DNA of 64,000 bases, from the NCBI GenBank assembly GCA_963793865.1, contig CAWCBP010000001.1:800001-864000 (forward strand). The letters run 5' to 3'. Source of the stretch: an uncultured delta proteobacterium. Its GTDB lineage: Bacteria; Desulfobacterota; WTBG01. Position 1 is the first letter of the stretch. Each line of letters begins with the position of its first letter. The notes under the pieces are model-generated. The model had not been told where the DNA came from. It made no database searches and saw only the letters and a program-made list of their open reading frames with translations. The position numbers and the translations under genes are program-made. Of the stretch, positions 39,736 through 53,829 are shown one piece after another.

Positions 39736-39843
39736 AAGCGGGGATTGCGTTTCCCGCCATGTCCGTGGTGCGCAGGGATGCTGCGTGCGCGGTCCTGCTC
39801 AGAGAACTCACTCTGATGTAACATGCGCTGAGGGTTTCATGCC

Positions 39844-39885
39844 TGAAAAAACCGTCCTTGACACGACGCAAGGATGGATTTTTCA
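39844..39885. terminator. Terminator-like hairpin with A/T flanks
   Basis: TGAAAAA-a-CCGTCCTTG-N8-CAAGGATGG-a-TTTTTCA. Confidence 0.7.
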
Positions 39886-40010
39886 TTTCAGGGGCACTCT
39901 GCCGGGAACAAAAAGGTGCTGATTTTCAAAGCAGTCCCGGATGCTTCTGCCCGTGAGCTCATCGCAGCGGAGCGTGAGCGGTCAGAACTATGCACAGCCA
40001 CTTCCAAGAC

Positions 40011-42822
<2,812 letters not shown>

Positions 42823-42829
42823 AAATCGT

Positions 42830-43630
42830 CTAATGAACGGTTTCCAGGAAAGCGCTGACAATGTCCGGATCAAGCTGGCTGCCGGAAGACTTTTTCATTT
42901 CGTCAAACACCTCCTGCTTCGACAGCGCCTTGCGGTAGGAAAGATCAGAGCTTAAAAAATCGTAGGTTTCAACCGCTGATATTATCCTGGCGGGCAGGGG
43001 AATATTGTTTCCTGCCAGTCCGTCAGGGTATCCTTTCCCGTCAAACCGCTCGTGATGATGCCTGATGGTGGCAATGGTCGGTTTTAAAAAATCAACACCC
43101 GCGAGTATCTGCTCTCCGATTTCGGGATGCTTTTTAACCATGAACAGTTCCTGGTCGGTCAATTTTCCGGGCTTACCCAATATGTATTCGCTTATACCGA
43201 TTTTCCCCACATCGTGCAAGAGGCCGGCCAGCTCGAGGTTCCTTTTCTCGGATGCGGATAAGCCGAGCTTGTCGGCCATTCTGGTGCTGTACTCAGCCAC
43301 GCGCTGGGAATGACCGGTGGCAATAACATCTCTTGAGTCCAGTGCTTTTAAAATGACCTTGATGGTGGAAATATAGGATCCCAGCAGTTCCTTATAAATC
43401 TGGTAAAGCTCCTCCCTGCCCAGCCTTCCTTCTTCTCCGGGTAGATCCTCTATAAAACCGATCTCCTTGAGGTCAGACCGGCGAATGCGATGATGGCCGC
43501 CCGGAGTTTTGAGCGCCTTTAATTTACCGGAATAAATATAGTTTTTGATCGTCTGCGTGGTTACCTTCAGCAACTCCGCCGCTTCCCTGGTCTTCAATAT
43601 TTCTTTCTGCGCAAGCGGAACCTGTTTCAT
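42830..43630 (-). CDS. Excisionase-like HTH fused to HD-GYP domain
   Basis: LKTREAAELLKV..TI..G.LKALKTPGGHHRI; HSQRV, LLHDVGK, HP, HHHERFDGKGYPDGL. Confidence 0.88.
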   Translation of the reverse strand: MKQVPLAQKEILKTREAAELLKVTTQTIKNYIYSGKLKALKTPGGHHRIRRSDLKEIGFIEDLPGEEGRLGREELYQIYKELLGSYISTIKVILKALDSRDVIATGHSQRVAEYSTRMADKLGLSASEKRNLELAGLLHDVGKIGISEYILGKPGKLTDQELFMVKKHPEIGEQILAGVDFLKPTIATIRHHHERFDGKGYPDGLAGNNIPLPARIISAVETYDFLSSDLSYRKALSKQEVFDEMKKSSGSQLDPDIVSAFLETVH

Positions 43631-43903
43631 GTGATCTCCCCCCGGGAAAGTGTATAGTATGCTTCTTTTTTTACCACTTAAGTTTTTAGCATAAATTATA
43701 TATGTAATCAAGCTTTTTTTATGAGCGGGCTTTTATTTATAACATAATTTACCGTGTTATTATTAAAAAAACCGCAGATTCGTCGCCTGATAGCACCTTT
43801 TAACACTTAATTATCCAAAATAATATACGGGTCCGGTAAAAAAAGCACTTTTTAATCTAATGCGAAAACAAAGGAAATGTGCACCGATTTTCAACAGGAT
43901 GGC

Positions 43904-44380
43904 TTACTTCGTCACCAGTGTTTCTTTGATGCGTTCCTGCATGCTATGGTAATGGCTGCCGCGCCAGTATACTTTGCGGCAGCGGGGGCAGGATAAAAAT
44001 ATTTTTCTTGTGGTGAGAATGTATTCAGGTACCAATCGGTCCAGCAGTAAGGGAGGGGTTTTTACCAGCCTCGTGTTACAAACCAGGCAGCGGGTGAGAT
44101 GAGCGCGCTCTGAAAGGGTGAGATGATAGTGAGCAATTACCTCCCGCAGTTGCAGAACTGTCTCATTGGCCTTTATGGTGCAAATTCTGCTGATGTCCTC
44201 GACGGCACCGGCGCGGAGGCGGGTGTTGCGCGTCAGTATCTGCCGGTCTTCGGCGATGGCCTTTTGCAAAAGCTCGTGGTTAACCGGCCTGCGGGAATAT
44301 TCGGCATCATATCCGAGTATCCTGAGCCACTTTGATACTGTGCCGAGCATGCAGTCGGCCAAGAACCTGATCTCCGGCAT
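43904..44380 (-). CDS. Mut7-C RNase (PIN-like) domain protein
   Basis: FLADCMLG..KWLRILGYD, ILTRN, RCLVCN, CPRCRKVYWRGSH. Confidence 0.9.
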   Translation of the reverse strand: MPEIRFLADCMLGTVSKWLRILGYDAEYSRRPVNHELLQKAIAEDRQILTRNTRLRAGAVEDISRICTIKANETVLQLREVIAHYHLTLSERAHLTRCLVCNTRLVKTPPLLLDRLVPEYILTTRKIFLSCPRCRKVYWRGSHYHSMQERIKETLVTK

Positions 44381-44426
44381 GTCTGAGGCGCACATACATG
44401 GTTTGCTGAGAAGATTGGTTGCCTGC

Positions 44427-45302
44427 TTAAACGACCGGGCATTGAGCGGCGGCCAGCATGTTTGAGAGCCGGGCATATTCATCAATGCTCACTGTGTGAG
44501 CCCGGCGCATAGGATCAATGCCGGCTGCATTCATGGTCTCAACTATGCTTTCCTTCCCCCGGCTCAAGTAGTCGCAGCCTTTAAAGGCGTTCAGCAGCGT
44601 TTTGCGCGGATGGGCAAAAGACAGTTTGACCAGGGTGATGAAGGCTTTCTCATCGGCCAGAGCGGCGAGGGGCCGGCTGCGATGGGTAAACAGCACCACT
44701 TCGGAATCAACCGCCGGGAGCGGATAGAAGCAGTCCTTGAGAACGGTGAGCCGGTGTGTGACATCAAAAAACATCTGTGACAATATGCTGATGATGCCGT
44801 AACCCTGTGTTCCCGCCTGGGCGGAAATGCGGTCTGCTGCTTCCCGCTGTATCATGAGCACCATGCGGGAGATGTACGAGCGCAGCCCCAGCAGCTTGAA
44901 GATGAGCGGGCTGGTGAGGTAGTAGGGCAGGTTGCCCATGATAATCAATGTTTTGCCAAAGCGCCGGGAGAGCCTGCCGTACGCGAAATTGAGGGCGTCG
45001 GCGCGCTCAACTTCCAGGTTGCCGCGGTGCAGCTCGCTGTTCAGGTATGACGCCAGCCTGGTGTCGTATTCAAGCCCGACAACCCGGGCCCCGCTGTCCG
45101 CAAGCGGAGCGGTGAGTATGCCCAGGCCGGCACCGATTTCAACCACCAGGTCGCTGCCGTCTATGCGGGCGAAGCTGACAATCTGCTCGGCGATTGCGCT
45201 CCTGAAGAGAAATACCTGTCCCAGCCGCTTATGGGGTGTGATGCCGTGCCGCCTGAGCGTGCCGATTAAGGCGGAACGCTCAGGATCGTGCCCGTCATTC
45301 AT
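44427..45302 (-). CDS. rsmA: 16S rRNA dimethyladenosine transferase RsmA/KsgA
   Basis: KRLGQ.FL, VEIGAGLG, GNLPY, MIQRE, P.VDS; start uncertain (45302-45341). Confidence 0.92.
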   Translation of the reverse strand: MNDGHDPERSALIGTLRRHGITPHKRLGQVFLFRSAIAEQIVSFARIDGSDLVVEIGAGLGILTAPLADSGARVVGLEYDTRLASYLNSELHRGNLEVERADALNFAYGRLSRRFGKTLIIMGNLPYYLTSPLIFKLLGLRSYISRMVLMIQREAADRISAQAGTQGYGIISILSQMFFDVTHRLTVLKDCFYPLPAVDSEVVLFTHRSRPLAALADEKAFITLVKLSFAHPRKTLLNAFKGCDYLSRGKESIVETMNAAGIDPMRRAHTVSIDEYARLSNMLAAAQCPVV

Positions 45303-45358
45303 GCTCGCGGATACGGATCGGCGGCTCATGGGAGGATACACTGTTTGAAATACAGGGG

Positions 45359-45850
45359 CTACGGTTTGAAAAACGTTTTAAAGAGAGGCGCGAGCCTGTC
45401 ATAGGTTTTGTCGAGATGCTCGGGAATGACCATGGCTTCAGCCGCGATGGGCATGAAATTGGTGTCGCCCTGCCAGCGCGGAACAATATGGAAGTGCAGA
45501 TGCCGGGTAATGCCCGCGCCGGCAACCCTCCCCAGATTCATGCCGATGTTAAAGCCGGCAGGCCTGACCGCCTGCTTAAGCAGATCGACCGATTGCCTGA
45601 GGGTGGAAAAGAGCAGGTGCGATTCCTCCGGGTCCAGCTCGCTTAATTGGCCGGTATGCTTTCGGGGCGCAATCAGGAGATGGCAGCTGCTGTAGGGATA
45701 GCGGTTGAGCATGACCAGTGATGATGGACCGGCATACAGCAGCAGGTTTTTCTTGTTCTGGCCGCGCGCCGGGTGATGGCAAAAGATGCAGGTTCTGGTT
45801 TTCTTGCCCAGTATGTACGTCAGTCTCCATGGTGCCCACAGCTGTTTCAT
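45359..45850 (-). CDS. HIT family hydrolase
   Basis: LWAPWR, CIFC, NRYPY, HLHFHIVPRW. Confidence 0.93.
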   Translation of the reverse strand: MKQLWAPWRLTYILGKKTRTCIFCHHPARGQNKKNLLLYAGPSSLVMLNRYPYSSCHLLIAPRKHTGQLSELDPEESHLLFSTLRQSVDLLKQAVRPAGFNIGMNLGRVAGAGITRHLHFHIVPRWQGDTNFMPIAAEAMVIPEHLDKTYDRLAPLFKTFFKP

Positions 45851-45868
45851 CGCAACTCCCGGGTTGGA

Positions 45869-46345
45869 TTATAGTGGTATGATGGATGGCTTGATTTCTT
45901 CTCCGATATCAAGGATGCCGACGCTGGTAAAGGGGGCGAATCGGCGGTCGGTGGCGGAGCCGGGGTTGAAAAAGAGAACGCCATTTTTGACCCCGGATGA
46001 GGCACGATGGGTATGACCGTATATGAGCGCATCCAGCGGGCCGAATTCCCTGATCAATCGCTCTTCGATCCCATCGGGAGCACCCCAGCCGTGAATCAGT
46101 CCCAGGGTGAATTTCCCGGCGGAAATCACCCGCTTGACCGGCGACACGTCCCGAATGCCGGGAGAATCCATGTTGCCCGAAACCAGGAGAAGATTCAAAC
46201 CTGAAAACACATCAAGGGCCCGTGCGTCGACCACATCGCCGGCGTGCAGCACCAGGTCCGTGTCTTTAAAATGGCGGTTGATGGCATCGGCCAGACCCTG
46301 ATCATAGCGGCTGAGATGCGTATCAGCAATGACACCGATCTTCAT
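45869..46345 (-). CDS. YfcE/MJ0936 family phosphodiesterase
   Basis: ADTH, HAGD, GNMD, IHG, GHTH, NPGS. Confidence 0.92.
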   Translation of the reverse strand: MKIGVIADTHLSRYDQGLADAINRHFKDTDLVLHAGDVVDARALDVFSGLNLLLVSGNMDSPGIRDVSPVKRVISAGKFTLGLIHGWGAPDGIEERLIREFGPLDALIYGHTHRASSGVKNGVLFFNPGSATDRRFAPFTSVGILDIGEEIKPSIIPL

Positions 46346-46380
46346 CAAATGATCCTTGTATGTTAAACCGCTGTTCATGT

Positions 46381-46408
46381 GGAGGGGCGACCGGCCGGTC
46401 GCCCCTGC
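46381..46408. repeat. Perfect palindrome, degenerate GTAG-type REP
   Basis: gg-AGGGGCGACCGGCCGGTCGCCCCT-gc: 24-bp perfect palindrome at 46383-46406, intergenic. Confidence 0.75.
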
Positions 46409-46429
46409 GGATCAAAAGCAATTTTCGTG

Positions 46430-47197
46430 TTACAGGGAAACCAGCTCAATATCTCCCCAGGCCCCCATGTGATCCCCCACGATGATAAGCGCCCCGCAAA
46501 CACCTTCGATCTCCCGGGCGCGGTCAAGGCCGCGCTGTATATCGTCCTCGCGCGTGACGCAATTGCCGACGGCGGTTGCCGCCGCGTCGGCAAGAAACGC
46601 TGAGGGGGCGCTGATGGTGACCGCATCAGCCCGGCCGAAGCTGACGGAATGACCCACCGTGCCGGAGGACGTACAGACGCCGAGAGGGGTTTTCCCGAAG
46701 GGTATGAGCAGGGCCAGTCTGTTGCTGAGCGGCGAAGAGCCGGCATAAATGCCGATGCGTATGTCGCGGGTAACGCTGATATAGAGATCGCCGCCGTTTT
46801 CAACCACCACCTGGGGGGTGTGCCGCAGCAGGTCCTTTCCCACCTCTTCCGCGAATGCGCCCGCCACGGCCGCCATGGGGCCGACACCTGACCGTTCTGC
46901 CGCCTGCAGCATCCCGCGGACAATGGGCGGAGCGTGGGGATCCGGCGGCAGCGGTGCAAAGGCATGAAGGAATGAAGGATGCTCCCTGAGGTAGGTTTCG
47001 AGCTGATAGCGGTGGTTTAAAATTGAGCGGAGGGCCTCTTCTTCCAGTCGGGTTTGGGCGAGGATGTACAGATCGGTCTCCTGAACGGTCACGGTAAAGG
47101 GCAGGAGGTCCCCTGAATTTATCAGGTCACGGTAAAACCTGCGCTGGTGTCCGACAGGGGAAGTCATAGCGGTGCTGAAAAGCGCTTTGTGAGCCAT
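46430..47197 (-). CDS. UPF0280 family (ApbE-like) protein
   Basis: ETDL, GPMAAVAG, ENGGD, CTSSGTVGHS.SFG.AD, ADAAATA.GN. Confidence 0.9.
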   Translation of the reverse strand: MAHKALFSTAMTSPVGHQRRFYRDLINSGDLLPFTVTVQETDLYILAQTRLEEEALRSILNHRYQLETYLREHPSFLHAFAPLPPDPHAPPIVRGMLQAAERSGVGPMAAVAGAFAEEVGKDLLRHTPQVVVENGGDLYISVTRDIRIGIYAGSSPLSNRLALLIPFGKTPLGVCTSSGTVGHSVSFGRADAVTISAPSAFLADAAATAVGNCVTREDDIQRGLDRAREIEGVCGALIIVGDHMGAWGDIELVSL

Positions 47198-50100
47198 CTA
47201 GGAGAAAGAACGCAGCGCCCTGCCGAAAATGCTTCTCAGCTCATTGGCAAAGGCGGGTGAAGGATTTACCTTGAACTCGTCGCCGAGCGAAAGGACGGTT
47301 TCCCGACTGCCGGGGGCAAGCAGATGCAGAAAGATCCGGCACCGGCCGGGATAGCTGAGGATGGATTGTTTGAGATCCCCCAGCTGCTGCGCGGTCATGT
47401 CATCCGTGCTGAGGGTGATATGGGCGGCCTCGACGGAGGCTGCAGCCTGCCGGCTGAGGGGAACGATTTTACCCGCGACTATCTTGGCGGTGTCGGATTC
47501 GTCCTCCCGGTTCACCCTCCCGGTAACCAGCAGGGGCTGGTCGCTCTTGATGAGCTCGGCGCAGGTCTTGAAAAGGTCGGCAAAGACGATGACCTCGACC
47601 ACCCCTTTCAAATCCTCAAGCGAGACAAAGCACATCCGCTCCCCCTTGCGGTTGTTGATTTCACGTATTTTGCCGGGGATGCCCGCAATTCTGACCTCGC
47701 TGTCCTTGGGAAAATTGATGATGGTCAGTGTGTCGGCGGTGGTGTGCTGCTGGATGTAATCCTTGAACTGATTAAGGGGGTGTTTGCTGATGAAGAAGCC
47801 CAGAGCCTCCTTTTCGTAGCCCAACAGTTCCTCATCGCTCCACTCCTCAAGTGCCGGATATGCGTCTTCTCCCGAACCGTTGCCCGACGAGGAGCCGAAG
47901 AGGTTGAAAAGCGAGGCCTGCTTGCGCATCCTGTCCTTCTGCACGCGCTGCGCCTGCTCCATGGCCTTGTCCAGCACCGCCATCAGCTGTGAACGGCGCG
48001 TCCCGGTGGCATCGAAGGCGCCGCACTTGATAAGGCTCTCAATCACCTTTTTGTTGACCTTGCGCAGGTCAATGCGCGAGCAGAAATCGTACAGCGACCG
48101 GAAGGGGCCGGATTCGGCCCGGTTTCCGATGATGGATTCGATGGCGGCGCCGCCGACATTTTTTACCGCGCTGAGGCCAAAGCGGATTTTTCCCTGGGCG
48201 ACGGTGAAATCCCTGGCGCTCTCGTTGATAGCGGGGGGCAGCACGTCGATGTTCATTTCCCGGCACTCGTTCATGTAGCGAAGGATTTTGTCATTGTTAT
48301 CCATTTCGCAGGTGAGCAGGGCGGCCATGAATTCAACCGGATGGTGTGTCTTCAGGTATGCCGTGTAATAGGCGATGAGGGCGTAGGCGGTGCTGTGTGA
48401 CTTGTTGAATCCGTACTCGGCGAATTTTGCCATCTGGTTGAAGATCTGTTCCGCCTTTTTGGGGTTGAGCCGGTTTTTCTTCGCCCCCAGCAGGAACTTC
48501 TCCTTCTGCGCCTCCATCACATCGCCCTTTTTCTTTCCCATGGCCCGCCTGAGCAGATCGGCGTCACCGAGAGAGAAATTGGCCAGCTTGCTGGCGATAT
48601 GCATTACCTGCTCCTGGTAGAGGATGACCCCGTAGGTCTCGGAGAGAATGTCCTTGAGCTCGGGCAGCTCGTAGGTGATGGGAATGTCGCCGCGCTTGCG
48701 CTTGATGAAATCGTCCACCATGCCGCTGCCCAGCGGGCCGGGGCGGTAGAGCGCCAGCAGGGCGATGAGGTCCCAGATGTTCTCCGGCCTGAGCTTGGCC
48801 ACCAGATCCTTCATGCCCTGGCTCTCCAGCTGGAACACACCGTCGGTGGTGCCGCCCGAAAGCATGGCGTAGGTAGCCGCATCGTCAAGCGGGAGGGCTT
48901 CGGTGGTGAGCTGCTCATCCCGGCCCTGGTTGATGAGCAACAGGCACTTCTGGATCACGGTAAGCGTTTTAAGGCCCAGAAAATCGAACTTGATGAGCCC
49001 GATTTTGCCCACATCGTTCATGGCATACTGGGTGACAACTTCGTTGTTCTGGCCGCGGTAGAGGGGGAGATACTCGATGAGCGGTTTGTCGGCGATGACG
49101 ATTCCGGCGGCGTGGGTCGACGCGTGGCGGGGAAGGCCCTCAAGCGAGAGGGAGAGGGTGAACAAATCCTTGACCTCCTCGCTCCCCTCCATCAGTTCGC
49201 GAAGCCGCGGCTCCTGCTTGAGCGCGTCGGTAAGGGTTATGTTGAGCACGTTGGGTATGAGCTTGGCGATCCGGTCGACATCCTTGTAGGGCATGCCCAG
49301 CACCCGGCCCACGTCACGCAGCACCCCTTTGGCCTGCATTTTTCCGAAGGTGATGATCTGGGCCACATTGTCCTTGCTGTATTTTGAAGTGACATACTCG
49401 ATGATTTCGTCCCGTCGCTCCTTGCAGAAATCGATGTCGATATCGGGCGGGCTGATGCGCTCGGGATTGAGAAACCGCTCGAAGAGCAGGCCGTAGGTAA
49501 TGGGATCAACCTCGGTGATGTTCAGGGCGTAGGCCACCAGACTGCCCGCGGCGGATCCCCTGCCGGGACCGACCGGTATGCCCCGTTCCTTGGCATAGCC
49601 CACGAAATCCGCGACAATGAGGAAATAATCGGTAAACCCGGTCTTGCGGATGATTGCCAGCTCTTCATCCAGGCGCGCCTGATAGAGCGCGGCCTGGGCT
49701 TCATCATCGCTTCCGGTGCGCAAGCCGCGCAGCCGCTCCTGAAGCCCCTTGCAGGCAAGGGCTCGCAGATGATCATTCAGGCTTATCCCCGGCGGGGCCT
49801 GGAAGGCCGGGAAGCGCGTTTCGTCAAAGGTGAATTCCAGGTTGCAGCGTTCGGCTATCTCGATGGTGTTGCTGATCGCCTCCGGCGCGTAGGAAAAAAG
49901 GCCGATCATTTCCTCGGGAGACTTGAAGTAGAATTCATCGGTGGTAAACTGCATGCGGTCGGGGCTGTCCAGGGTTTTCCCGGTCTGCAGGCAGAGCAGA
50001 ATGTCGTGTGCGCGCGCCTCCCGCTTTTCCAGATAATGGCAGTCATTGGAGGCCACCAGGGGGAGGGACAGCTCCCGGGACATCTGCATGAGCCGCTCAT

Positions 50101-50668
50101 TGACTACCTTCTGCTCGGGTATCTTGTTCTCGTGGATTTCGAGATAAAAGCGGCGGTCGTCAAAAATGGCGCTGTATTCAGATGCCGCCTGGAGGGCCTT
50201 TTCGTACGAATGATTGAGAATATGGGTGGCCAGCTCGCCGTGCAGGCAGGCGCTTAAGGCAATCAGGCCTTCATTGCGTTCGGCCAGCAGCTCCTTGTCG
50301 ATGCGCGGGCGGTAATAAAATCCCTCGAGATAGCCCTTGCTGACCAGGTAAACCAGGTTTTTATAGCCGGTCTCGTTTTGAGCCAGCAGGATGAGATGGT
50401 AAAAGGTTTCAGCGCCGCTGCGGGCATCTTTTTCAAAGCGGCTGCCGGGGGCGATGTACATCTCGCACCCGATGATGGGCTTGATACCGTGGCGGCAGGC
50501 CTGCTGGTAGAACTCGATGGCGCCGAACATGTTGCCGTGATCGGTTATGGCCAGGGCCGGCATCTTGTACTGGCCGGCCTTCTGAAACAGCGCCTCGGGG
50601 CGGATTGCGCCGTCCAGCAGGCTGTAGTGGGTGTGGAGGTGAAGGTGCACGAACGGGGAGTGCTTCAC
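47198..50668 (-). CDS. dnaE: DNA polymerase III alpha subunit
   Basis: PHP domain HLHLHTHYSLLDG/TDHG/NDCH; GRGSAAGS; PDIDID; KFDFLGL; YGFNKSH. Confidence 0.97.
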   Translation of the reverse strand: MKHSPFVHLHLHTHYSLLDGAIRPEALFQKAGQYKMPALAITDHGNMFGAIEFYQQACRHGIKPIIGCEMYIAPGSRFEKDARSGAETFYHLILLAQNETGYKNLVYLVSKGYLEGFYYRPRIDKELLAERNEGLIALSACLHGELATHILNHSYEKALQAASEYSAIFDDRRFYLEIHENKIPEQKVVNERLMQMSRELSLPLVASNDCHYLEKREARAHDILLCLQTGKTLDSPDRMQFTTDEFYFKSPEEMIGLFSYAPEAISNTIEIAERCNLEFTFDETRFPAFQAPPGISLNDHLRALACKGLQERLRGLRTGSDDEAQAALYQARLDEELAIIRKTGFTDYFLIVADFVGYAKERGIPVGPGRGSAAGSLVAYALNITEVDPITYGLLFERFLNPERISPPDIDIDFCKERRDEIIEYVTSKYSKDNVAQIITFGKMQAKGVLRDVGRVLGMPYKDVDRIAKLIPNVLNITLTDALKQEPRLRELMEGSEEVKDLFTLSLSLEGLPRHASTHAAGIVIADKPLIEYLPLYRGQNNEVVTQYAMNDVGKIGLIKFDFLGLKTLTVIQKCLLLINQGRDEQLTTEALPLDDAATYAMLSGGTTDGVFQLESQGMKDLVAKLRPENIWDLIALLALYRPGPLGSGMVDDFIKRKRGDIPITYELPELKDILSETYGVILYQEQVMHIASKLANFSLGDADLLRRAMGKKKGDVMEAQKEKFLLGAKKNRLNPKKAEQIFNQMAKFAEYGFNKSHSTAYALIAYYTAYLKTHHPVEFMAALLTCEMDNNDKILRYMNECREMNIDVLPPAINESARDFTVAQGKIRFGLSAVKNVGGAAIESIIGNRAESGPFRSLYDFCSRIDLRKVNKKVIESLIKCGAFDATGTRRSQLMAVLDKAMEQAQRVQKDRMRKQASLFNLFGSSSGNGSGEDAYPALEEWSDEELLGYEKEALGFFISKHPLNQFKDYIQQHTTADTLTIINFPKDSEVRIAGIPGKIREINNRKGERMCFVSLEDLKGVVEVIVFADLFKTCAELIKSDQPLLVTGRVNREDESDTAKIVAGKIVPLSRQAAASVEAAHITLSTDDMTAQQLGDLKQSILSYPGRCRIFLHLLAPGSRETVLSLGDEFKVNPSPAFANELRSIFGRALRSFS

Positions 50669-50674
50669 GGCGCC

Positions 50675-52219
50675 TCACTCCCACTCGATGGTGCTGGGCG
50701 GCTTGGAGGAAATGTCATACACCACCCGGTTGATCCCCTTGACCTCGTTGATAATCCTGTTTGAAATCCGGGCCAGCAGCTCGTGGGGAAGCCTGGCCCA
50801 GTCAGCGGTCATGCCGTCGACGCTGTTGACGGCGCGAAGGGCAATGACATTTTCGTAGGTTCGTTCATCTCCCATCACGCCGACGGTTTTCACCGGCAGG
50901 AGGACGGCAAATGACTGCCAGACCTTGTCGTAGAATGCGGCCCGCTTGATTTCCTCAAGCACAATGGCATCCGCGCTTCGAAGCAGCGCGAGACCGTCGC
51001 GGGTGACCGGGCCGAGAATGCGCACCGCAAGTCCCGGTCCCGGGAAGGGCTGGCGGTTGATTAACTCCCCGCAAATGCCCAGCTCGTGCCCCAGCGCCCG
51101 CACTTCGTCCTTGAAGAGCTCGCGCAGCGGTTCAATCAGCTTCAGGTTCATCCGCTCGGGAAGACCGCCCACGTTGTGGTGGCTCTTGATGGTGGCTGAC
51201 GGGCCCTTCAATGATATGCTTTCGATGACGTCGGGGTAGAGAGTGCCCTGTGCCAGGAAATCAACCCTGCCCAGCTTGCGGGCCTCCTGCTCAAAGCGGA
51301 GAATAAATTCCTCACCGATAATTTTGCGCTTGCGTTCGGGGTCGCTTACCCCGGACAGGCGCTGCAGGAAGGCTTCTGACGCATCCGCGTGGATGAGGGG
51401 TATGCCGAGGCGGTTTTGAAAGCATTCCACCACCCGCTCCGGTTCGGACATCCTGAGCAGACCGTTGTCGATAAAAATGCAATGCAGCTGGCCGCCGATC
51501 GCCCGGTGGAGCAGCACCGCCGCCACGGTAGAATCCACCCCCCCGCTCACCCCGCAGATCACCTGTTTCCCGCCGACCGCGTCACGGATGGACTCTATGG
51601 AGCCGGCAATAAATGACTGCATGGTCCATCCCGGTTTGCAGGCGCAGATCTCAAACAGAAAATTTTCAAGCATCTGCTTCCCCTGCGGGGTGTGCACGAC
51701 CTCGGGGTGAAATTGGACTCCGTAGTGCGGCCGGGATGTGCTGCGGATTGCGGCTGCGGGCGAGTTGCCGCTGTGGGCAATGGAAATGAAGCCGGGGGGC
51801 ATTGCGGTGATGCGGTCACCATGGCTCATCCACACCGGGAGGGAGGCGCCGCTGCTGAAATGCTTGAAAAGATCGTTGGGTTCGTCGAGGATGAGCGCCG
51901 CGCTGCCGAATTCTCTGCGGTCCGACTTTTCAACCGTCCCGCCGAAGCATTCGGCCATAAAGTGCATGCCGTAGCAGATTCCCAGCACCGGTATCCCGTC
52001 GGAGAGCAGCGCGCGGTCCGGCCGGGGCGCGTCGCGGTCATGGATGCTCGCCGGCGAGCCTGACAAAATGATGCCCTTGGGGTTGAAGTCGCGGATCTTG
52101 GCAAGCGGGGCGTGGTAGGGATATATTTCGGCGTATACATGGCACTCGCGCACCCTGCGCGCGATAAGCTGGGTGTACTGCGAGCCGAAATCCAGAATTA
52201 ATATCCTGTCCTGATGCAC
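50675..52219 (-). CDS. guaA: GMP synthase (glutamine-hydrolysing)
   Basis: [37 protein letters not shown] start at 52219. Confidence 0.96.
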   Translation of the reverse strand: MHQDRILILDFGSQYTQLIARRVRECHVYAEIYPYHAPLAKIRDFNPKGIILSGSPASIHDRDAPRPDRALLSDGIPVLGICYGMHFMAECFGGTVEKSDRREFGSAALILDEPNDLFKHFSSGASLPVWMSHGDRITAMPPGFISIAHSGNSPAAAIRSTSRPHYGVQFHPEVVHTPQGKQMLENFLFEICACKPGWTMQSFIAGSIESIRDAVGGKQVICGVSGGVDSTVAAVLLHRAIGGQLHCIFIDNGLLRMSEPERVVECFQNRLGIPLIHADASEAFLQRLSGVSDPERKRKIIGEEFILRFEQEARKLGRVDFLAQGTLYPDVIESISLKGPSATIKSHHNVGGLPERMNLKLIEPLRELFKDEVRALGHELGICGELINRQPFPGPGLAVRILGPVTRDGLALLRSADAIVLEEIKRAAFYDKVWQSFAVLLPVKTVGVMGDERTYENVIALRAVNSVDGMTADWARLPHELLARISNRIINEVKGINRVVYDISSKPPSTIEWE

Positions 52220-52239
52220 GGCGTTATCCTGTGCCGGAG

Positions 52240-53715
<1,476 letters not shown>

Positions 53716-53761
53716 TTACCGTGCGTGAAACAGCTGCCTGCTGCCTTCAGTTTGATGAAGA

Positions 53762-53790
53762 AAGGTATCGTAAATAGTCCGGCCTGTCAA
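53762..53790 (-). promoter_or_regulatory. Sigma70-type promoter for guaBA-dnaE
   Basis: TTGACA-N17-TACCTT on minus strand. Confidence 0.5.
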
Positions 53791-53829
53791 GGCAAAACCC
53801 GTCGGGAAAACCCCGGCAGGTATGGTTAT

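Noticed and set aside
53790..53825. GGCAAAACCC..GAAA resembling a c-di-GMP-I riboswitch
   Set aside because: Lacks the GACGCAAA and second stem elements and lies on the strand opposite the flanking genes.
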